A stretch of 64,000 nucleotides of DNA from Macrostomum lignano (lineage: Eukaryota), in NCBI GenBank assembly GCA_002269645.1, contig NIVC01000206.1, positions 248,001 to 312,000 of the forward strand, given 5' to 3'. Shown here piece after piece: positions 56,431 through 64,000 of this stretch. The first letter of the stretch is position 1, and the number at the start of each line of letters is the position of its first letter. Below the pieces are notes generated by a model, which was not told where the DNA came from, ran no database searches, and saw only the letters and a program-made list of their open reading frames with translations. A program made the position numbers and the translations under genes.

Positions 56431-58290
56431 CTTGGGGGGGGCTCGCCCTGTCTCCAGCACGATCCTAAACGGCAGGTCTTCTCTGACGAAAAAGGCCACT
56501 CCTCCCCCTCGGGCTTGCTCCCTATCCCTGTCTTTCCTGAGGATCCGGTATCCCGGCAGACTTGGTATCTTATCCTCTGCGCGAAGCTTCGTCTCTTGGA
56601 TCGCGATGATGTCTGCTTTCCATACTGCAGCCATGTTGTTCAATTCCGGCATCTTGGGGCTCAGTCCGTCGCAGTTCCACTGTATTATGGTGATCCTGTC
56701 TATCTTGGTCGTCTCCTTCTTCTTGCTCCCCAACTTCTCTTCCAACCTCTCTCCCTCGTTACTCTTGCAGTGTAGGCACATCCATCCTCCATGTTCCTTC
56801 CACCGCTTCACCAGCACCCTGCTGCTAGTGCCTGCGCATCCTTGGTGGACTTTGGCTCCGCACGAGTGGCACTCGAGGTTAGCTTTCCGTAGTCTGCCTC
56901 TGCACTCCGCGCACTGTCCCTTCAGTTCAGCCTTGGTCTGTTCTGGTCGTTCTTCGTCGGGCCGCTGCGGGGTGTCTTCCGTGACCTGACGATCCACAGC
57001 TCCGTCCTCATGCCTCGGGCACTTCCAGCTAGCCCATTTCTTTCTGCTACCGATCCGGAGCTGCGCAGCAGTAAGCTTAGCGCACTTAAGGTGGCACCAG
57101 CGTCTGCTCTCCGAGCACACCACGCTCCACTCCCTTCCGACCTTTTCCCCGCAGACGCAGCACGGCCACTCCGGGTGGTTGCTGTCTACATTGGCCATGG
57201 CCCTTCTTGGCTCCTTGGCCGCCTCCTTTGACTTCGCACTCTGTTCAACCTCCTCTCTCGTCCCCCCACTAGAGGGCGATCTCCGATCCTCCTTCTGGCT
57301 CCGTCTACGCGGCCGTAGCTCGATCACTTCGACTTCATCGGCGTGATATTCTTCGCCTTCTTCCTTTTTTCTCGGCTTCTCTATCCTGTTGCTTTCGCTG
57401 GCCAAGTCCGTGCATTCTCGACACATCCAGGTGGCGTTGGCTTTGGCGTACCTACTTCTCCCCGAGCATGCCGCATGTAGCAGCCCTTTGCAGCTCGGGC
57501 ACTTCAACGGCTTGTGTCTAGCCTGGAACGACGCTTTGCACTGCTTGCATCTTCCCTTGGCTTTGGCTGGAGTCGCCGGGGTAACCGTGCTGGGTTCTTC
57601 CTCTGGCCACCTGCCCGTGCAGCTCTTACACACCCACGTTACCGCGTCACGGAACTTACTCAGCTGCTTCCTCTGCTCCCCTGAACATTTCTGGTGATAT
57701 TCTTTACTGCAGTCCGCGCACTGTAGGCGTCTACTACCAGCCCTCAGCGTGGCTTGGCACGCCGCGCATTGTGTCTTGCTCGCCTTGGGGTCACACTTCT
57801 TACACCTCCATTCTCCTTTTCCTCTGCTGCACCTCTCGGCCTCGGTCCTCGACAACATGGTGCACCCCAGGTGGACGTTCGCGTTGCATTCACTGCACAC
57901 CACTCTCACACTCCTCAACTTCTTGCATTCCACGCACTTCGCCTCTTCTTCCTCCTCTTCACCCTTCGGCCCAGGGTTCTTCTCCACATCGCCGGCTTGT
58001 TCCAGTTGTCTCCACTTACTTCCGTCTGGGTCTGGGTTTTCGGCAACGTACTTCGGACCATGTTCGTAAGAGTGCCTGTTTTGTAGCCACTCCCTCAGGG
58101 CGCACCGCGTGAAGGTCTGGTCCCTAGCGCCGGGAGACGTGTGTCTCCCCTCCCGGTAGGCTCCGGGAGCCTGCTGCTGCTGTTGCTGCTGTTTTTGTTG
58201 TTGTTGTTGTTGATTGCGGAGTGCGGCTCCTTCAGATGGGGACCCAGCCGAGGGCACCCAGGAGCCGCGCCACCAAGTGACGATAGGCAA
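56431..58290 (-). CDS. Retrotransposon N-terminal part: leader, 2A peptide, five PHD fingers, start of APE
   Basis: LEQAGDVEKNPGP; C4HC3 repeats; ITIIQWNCDGL. Confidence 0.85.
57967..58020 (-). other. 2A/StopGo ribosomal skipping peptide (KWRQLEQAGDVEKNPG|P)
   Basis: Exact match to the D(V/I)ExNPGP consensus with the typical upstream L-x-Q-A-G. Confidence 0.85.
58055..58151 (-). ncRNA. Candidate HDV-like self-cleaving ribozyme
   Basis: Minus strand: P2 GGACCA/UGGUCC, P3 ACC/GGU, L3 UUCACGC, P1' GCGCCCU, P1.1 UC/GA, P4 GGGAGUG/CACUCUU, J4/2 ACGAA. The P1 5' strand is not contiguous. Confidence 0.65.
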
Positions 58291-58437
58291 GGTCGTGCTA
58301 GCCGATGGGACACTGGACGTCTCGGTTTCTGGCGCTCTTCGACACCCGATGGTCTGGGTGCCTCCCCTCCAAGACGAAGACGCGGCGCCGGGCAGGAGCT
58401 AAAGCCGGGGCTCCAGTTCGTCCGTAAAGGTCGACGG

Positions 58438-58464
58438 GTGTTGGTGTTGTTGATGTTGTTGTAT

Positions 58465-58540
<76 letters not shown>
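58438..58540 (-). repeat. (CAA)n tract at the 5' side of the retrotransposon
   Basis: ttg triplets on the plus strand. Confidence 0.95.
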
Positions 58541-58616
58541 GAGGGGTCAGCGGAATTGGAATGCCCTTAAAAAATAATCAAACTAACAAACCCGAGCGCT
58601 GGCTGCCTCCCAGAGT

Positions 58617-59297
58617 CTACTGAAGCTCAATAGTCAAGCTCTGTCTTCGCCTTCTTGTTGGTCTGAGCAACAGCAGCTGCATTTGCTCTTCGCGAGATTC
58701 AGCAGCAGAAGCAGCGCTGGGCTCTCTAAACTTAGCTCGCCGATTTTCTGCTGCAGATCTTCGCTGGGATTTTCGTCTGACCATCAGTTGCGTTGAAAAC
58801 TGAGCAATTGACAGGAGCAGCAGCAGGGCCAGCAGCAGGTCGCCGCCTCCTCCGGCGCTGTCAATCAAACCTGCCCGCACTGCTTCCAGAGTTGCTATGG
58901 CAACACCGTTCGACAGCCTGGTGAAGGGGAACATGTAGCGAGAGGGCACTCCGGTTGCTTCCTCGGAGGCCGCGTAGGCGAAGGTGTTGAAGCAGCCGAC
59001 TCCAATGCCGCAGGCTAGGGAGAAGGGCCACTGCAAGCTGCCGGGGTCGTTAAGTACACCTAGCCAGCCAATTAGAGAGCAGAGAACAGTAAGAGAGCCG
59101 AGCATGTACACCTGGATGTTTGCAGTTGGTGCTATTTGTCAGATTAATTCTGCTATAATCAACCAATGTGTAGTCATTCAATCAACCAATCAATCAATCA
59201 ATAAATTTATCAACGAATGAATCAATCAAAACAATTAATCAATCCATCAATCAATCAATCAGTCAATCGACCAATCAAACAAAACAATTAATTAATA

Positions 59298-59330
<33 letters not shown>

Positions 59331-59482
59331 ATGGATCGATCAATCAATCAATCAAAACCATTCATCAATCAATCCATTAATTAACCAACCAATCAATTAG
59401 CAATCGATCAATCAATCAATCGATTAACCAACCAATCAATTAGCAATCAATCAATCAATCGATTAACCAACCAATCAATTAG

Positions 59483-59514
<32 letters not shown>

Positions 59515-61675
59515 TAACAAACAATCAATCAGTCAAGGGGCACCCACCGTCAGCAGTTTTCCATCAGTCAGAAAGCCACCGAACGCACCGCCAGCCACAA
59601 AAGCCAAGCTGGAACCAGCCGAAAACGTCAGAGCGGCTGTCAGAGCCTCAGACGAGGACAGCCGCAGGGTGTCATTGTCAGACTGTTGATGAGACAAGGC
59701 GACAGGCGGAGGCCGCTGCTGTACGGAACTGATGAGGCCAGAGCGAAGAAGCAGAAGCAGGAACAGCCCGTCTGAGATCAGAGCGGCAACTAAGCGTTCG
59801 AGCAGCCACAGCAGCACAGTGCGACTTTTGTCGAACTCCTCCTTGAGTTTGAGTACAATGAGTCATGGATGCTCAATTCAAGTTATTTGTGGGAGGAGGA
59901 TCTGATGCCAATGTGATTCAGATTTTCATTTCGACTGAGATTTCAAATAGACTGTCAAATATGATTTCTATTAGGATTTTTTCAGACTTTCTATTAGAAT
60001 TTCCATTAGGATTTCTGTTAAAATTTCTATTTGGATGTCTGTTAGGATTTTTATCAGGCTTTCTATTAGGATTTCTATTAGGATTTCTATTAGGATGCCT
60101 ATTATGATGTCTGTTGGAATTTCTATTAGGATTTCTATACGATTTCTATTAGGATGTCTATTAGAATTTCCATTAGGCCTTCTATTAGGACTTCTATTAG
60201 GACTTCTATTAGGACTTCTATTAAGACTTCTATTAGGACTTCTATTAGGACTTCTATTAGGACTTCTATTAGGACTTCTATTAGGACTTCTATTAGGACT
60301 TCTATTAGGATTTCTGTTTGGACTTTTATTAGGATGCGGTTGAAATGCGAACGGGATCGAGTATAACAAATTTAAACAGACCGCAAATTTCGCACCTGAG
60401 ACAGACTCAATAGGCGATTAGGCCAATCTCTTCTCTCTCGAATTCTGTCAATAACGCTCCCGTTTAACTGCGTCCCCACGTTGCTATCCGCCTTAGCTGC
60501 TGCCCGCTGCCACCTTCTGCTTGGTCTGCGAGAGAACAGCGCCACCCCCAGCAGAGCCACCGCGCACTGACCGCCACCCAACGCGTAGAAGCCGCCTGTC
60601 CATCCAATTCTCGCCAGTAGCTGAGCAAATCCTGTCAACAGAAAAAATGCAGCCAACGAATTTCCCTGAGAAAAAGTGGTGGCCAACACTCGCAGGCGGC
60701 TGGTTTCCGGGAAATGATCGTCTATGGCCAGGGCTAGGACGGCCAGAGCGATAGAGCTCGCCGTACCGGATAGGACTGCGTCGGTTAGGACCAGGTGACC
60801 GGGATCGGAGAGTCCCGCCGACAGGACGCAGGACGTCAGGGAGAGAATGCCGACTACAGCTGAGCAGAGCCTGTAGCTTATCTGTCAGGCGGGAGTTGAG
60901 GATGTACTTTTAGCTGAGTGAGTGAGTCTCTATCCAATCAGGTGAGTCTCTATCCAATCAGGTGAGTCTCTATCCAATCAGGTGAGTCTCTATCCAATCA
61001 GGTGAGTCTCTATCCAATCAGGTGAGTCTCTATCCAATCAGGTGAGTCTCTATCCAATCAGGTGAGTCTCTATCCAATCAGGTGAGTCTCTATCCAATCA
61101 GGTGAGTCTCTATCCAATCAGGTGAGTCTCTATCCAATCAGGTGGGTCTCTATCCAATCAGGTGAGTTTCTATCCAATCAGGTGAGTCTCTATCCAATCA
61201 GGTGAGTTTCTATCCAATCAGGTGAGTCTCTATCCAATCAGGTGAGTTTCTATCCAATCAGGTGTGTCTCTATCCAATCAGGTGTGTCTCTATTCAATCA
61301 GGTGAATTATAAGCACCGCAGTTTTCAAAGTACATTAAGCCGCAAACTATAATGCTGCATGTACGTCACCTTAAACAGATCGATAACTCCAGACCACAGC
61401 GGTACGAACAGGAACACAACAGCGCTGTGACTGCAAACCAGCCAATGCATCGCCTGCCTGTCGCCGTACATGTAGTCGGCTGGCACCTGGCTTTGCAGAT
61501 TCGCCACCAGAAGATTTCGGCATCGAATGCTGAATCCAATAAAAGCAGACCAGAGCAGGCCGGTGCATATGAGGGAACAGGCGTGCAGCTGGCTCAGGGC
61601 ATTCGCTGGCTCTGATGTTGAAGAAGAACTCGAAGCAGAAGACGATTGTTGTTCCAATCTTCGATAGGCTGACAT
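58617..61675 (-). CDS. MFS transporter, monocarboxylate (SLC16)-like; exons 61675-61370, 60881-60396, 59841-59548, 59111-58617; about 526 aa
   Basis: Four phase-0 GT-AG exons giving many hydrophobic helices. AIDDHFPETSRLRVLATTFSQGNS..LLARIGWTGGFYALGG parallels the MCT pattern YFxKRRxLAxG..GWR. Most of exon 2 is missing from the ORF track. Confidence 0.75.
59150..59530. repeat. Degenerate (AATC)n microsatellite in MFS intron 3
   Basis: Direct inspection. Confidence 0.9.
59965..60330. repeat. 12-bp repeat (tctattaggact/tt) in MFS intron 2
   Basis: Direct inspection. Confidence 0.9.
60921..61305. repeat. 20-bp minisatellite, about 19 near-identical copies, in MFS intron 1
   Basis: gtgagtctctatccaatcag units. 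Confidence 0.97.
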
Positions 61676-62309
61676 GATTTTTTTTGCCACAGAAAAATGT
61701 ACGAATTGTTCGTTACCGTAGCTGCGATTGAGTTGCTATGCTTCTTTTATGAGCAATTTCTTATCTTCTGCATACAGTATGTAGACGCCTTTGCCTTTAA
61801 CTGGGTGTACAATTTCGATTTTGCACGCTATATTACAAAAGTAGGTCTGCTAACGTGACTTGTTGGTGAATGTGCCAATGGGTAATAAGATACTGATAAG
61901 AATTATGTGTATAAGCGTGGCACTGCATGCACAGTGCCTGTACACGTTTATAGCTCATACTTGTACGATCGTACGTAAGGCGGCCATTAATATGCATGTA
62001 TACTAATGAATTGAAGCTTATACTTCTTTCGGAGGCTTGATGTAACTTCAGAACTGTCGATCTACACACAGCCATGCAAAACGATGATGGTCATAAGAAA
62101 GTCCGAGAAGCGATGTAAACTAAACAGATTCCGCGGTATACGCGGCCACATTCGTTGGGGCTTGGAAGCACGAAGACACGGAGAGTGTACATTCCGCGGA
62201 CGATTAGAGAGTGAGGATCGCTGTACACTTTGTGTGAGCGTGTGAATGAGTGCTTGCGTTTGTATCCGCTCAAGAACAGCGGAATGGAGGTCTACGGGCA
62301 TTTACGTCT

Positions 62310-62945
62310 ATATAGTCTACAGAAATTTACGTCTAGAGTCTACAGTCGTCTACTTCTTAGTCTACAGACGATTACTTCTATAGAGTCTACAGACATTTAC
62401 GTCTAGAGTCTGCAGACATCTACTTCTTAGTCTACAGACGACTACTTCTATAGAGTCTACAGAAATTTACGTCTAGAGTCTACAGACGTCTACTTCTTAG
62501 TCTACAGACGATTACTTCTATAGAGTCTACAGACATTTACGTCTAGAGTCTACAGACGTCTACTTCTTAGTCTACAGACGACTACTTCTATAGAGTCTAC
62601 AGACGATTACTTCTATAGAGTCTACAGACGTCTACTTCTTAGTCTACAGACAATTACTTCTATAGAGTCTACAGACGATTACTTCTATAGAGTCTACAGA
62701 CGTCTACTTCTTAGTCTACAGACGACTACTTCTATAAAGTCTACAGACGACTACTTCTATAGAGTCTACAGACGATTACTTCTATAGAGTCTACAGACGA
62801 TTACTTCTATAGAGTCTACAGACGTCTACTTCTTAGTCTACAGACGATTACTTCTATAGAGTCTACAGACAATTACTTCTATAGTCTACAGACGATTACT
62901 TCTATAGAGTCTACAGACGTTTACTTCTATAGTCTATAGACGTAC
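62310..62945. repeat. About 23-25-bp minisatellite between RPL18 and the MFS gene
   Basis: agtctacagacgattacttctatag and variants. Confidence 0.93.
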
Positions 62946-63375
62946 AGACTTCATGAATTCAAGCTCAAATTTGACTAATGTCAATAATTAAACTTATTGA
63001 TACTTCAAACATAAACGTTTGGCATCCAGGGTCCGAGTTCAGGGTGCGAAATTTTAACGCTAATGTGCCACGTGACAAACGCTATGACAAAAAACCCAGC
63101 ACATAATCCGTCCACCAAGTATTTTCATAGATGATCAAGTTTAACCCGTTGAAACACGAACAGAGAAGAAAAAGAATTCGGGCACTTAAACCAAATTAAG
63201 ATTTTTTAATCCACGCTTGCAACAACGTCACCAATGAGCAACCTTCTTCCAACAGCAAGTGTATTTATCGGTGTGGTTAATTATAACAACTCGACTAAGC
63301 TGCTGGTCTCCAAGAGCAATAACTGTTTTCAATCAATATTTTCAGTCGGCTAGGACTCTCTCACTCTTCTTAGTC

Positions 63376-63648
63376 TTAGTTGGTGAAACCGCGCGAAGCC
63401 CGGCGACCGCGGGCCTTCTCAAATTTGCGACCCTTCGATCGGACCACCGGCTTGGTGTGCGAGTGCGGCACGCCCGGCGGCCGGCCGAAATGCCGCTGGG
63501 CGGCCCGCTTTCTCGTGCCCTGCACCAGCAGCGTGTTCTGGCCTTTGGGGGCCCGCCTGGCCAGCTCGTCGAAGGTGATGATCTCTCCGCCGGCTGCCAG
63601 GAGGCGGGCGCGAGCCTTCTCAGTAACCCGCAGGGCGCACAGGGTCAC
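63376..63648 (-). CDS. RPL18: 60S ribosomal protein L18 (eL18), last coding exon
   Basis: [58 protein letters not shown]; acceptor ccgcag at 63649. Upstream exons lie outside the window. Confidence 0.95.
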   Translation of the reverse strand: MTLCALRVTEKARARLLAAGGEIITFDELARRAPKGQNTLLVQGTRKRAAQRHFGRPPGVPHSHTKPVVRSKGRKFEKARGRRASRGFTN

Positions 63649-63744
63649 CTGCGGTAAGAGATTAATAGGTGTAGAAAGATTTTAATTGACTATTCAAAGC
63701 TCAACTATAGTAATAAGAGCTACTAACGCCAATACTTAAGTCGA

Positions 63745-64000
63745 AGCTTTGGCGCCACAGTAGCCTAGCTAAGATTTTGGCGCCACAGTAGTCTAGCTAA
63801 GATTTTGGCACCACAGTAGTCTAGCTAAGATTTTGGCGCCACAGTAGTCTAGCTAAGATTTTGGCACCACAGTAGTCTAGCAAAGATTTTGGCGCCACAG
63901 TAGTCTAACTAAGATTTTGGCGCCACAGTAGCCTAGCTAAGATTTTGGCGCCACAGTAGCCTAAGTTTTGGCACCTCAGTAGCTTGTCTTTGGCGCCACA
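63745..64000. repeat. 28-bp minisatellite in an RPL18 intron
   Basis: gattttggcgccacagtagtctagctaa at 63773, 63801 and onward. Confidence 0.93.

Larger units (their letters stand above)
52960..58437 (-). mobile_element. Near full-length Ingi-like (I group) non-LTR retrotransposon: HDV-like ribozyme, 2A, 5x PHD, APE, RT, RNase H, zinc knuckle
   Basis: APE QWNCDG..IQETKL..GGGVA..GDLNAH..TPDIS..SDH; RT KAPGPD, YRPICL, QAGFR, DFTKAYD, GLPQG, FADD, YLGV; RNase H YTDGS, AEIRAL, SDSQAAL, WVAGHVGVEGNELAD; C-terminal CRLC..HVLLKC. A single long ORF is broken by three frameshifts. Confidence 0.93.

Noticed and set aside
58213-58437. Hammerhead or second HDV ribozyme in the 5' cassette
   Set aside because: CUGAAGGA does not fit CUGANGA and there is no matching GAAA stem. 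An HDV fold has a P4 and CGAA but no consistent P1 or P3.
60921-61305. CRISPR-like array (also 23190-23570 and 50510-50970)
   Set aside because: Head-to-tail repeats with no unique spacers, eukaryotic intronic context and no cas genes.
62060-62270. Possible piggyBac Cys-rich tail (RCKL..RGIR..RCTLC)
   Set aside because: Too few cysteines in register and no adjacent transposase or TTAA-bounded ends.

Overview
Eukaryotic, repeat-rich animal DNA. The short GC-rich exons with polyQ/polyA tracts, introns filled with minisatellites and long (TCTG)n arrays look like a free-living flatworm such as Macrostomum; this is an inference, not a database result. Most ORFs in the supplied track are artefacts of tandem repeats. 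Six spliced host genes can be rebuilt with GT-AG junctions that keep frame: a rhodopsin-class GPCR (minus, one frameshift), TM9SF3 (minus), SOCS7-like (minus), TMEM196-like (plus), an SLC16-like MFS transporter (minus) and the last exon of RPL18 (minus). Mobile DNA includes a decayed MULE transposase, a CACT-ended MITE, a tRNA-derived SINE, a LINE remnant, a hAT non-autonomous element with a perfect 8-bp TSD, and a near-complete Ingi-like non-LTR retrotransposon (about 52960-58437, minus). The retrotransposon is the most interesting object. It sits inside (CAA)n tracts and carries a candidate HDV-like ribozyme whose P1 strand is split by an inserted hairpin. This is followed by an AUG-less leader, a virus-like 2A StopGo peptide, five PHD fingers, APE, RT, RNase H and a zinc knuckle.
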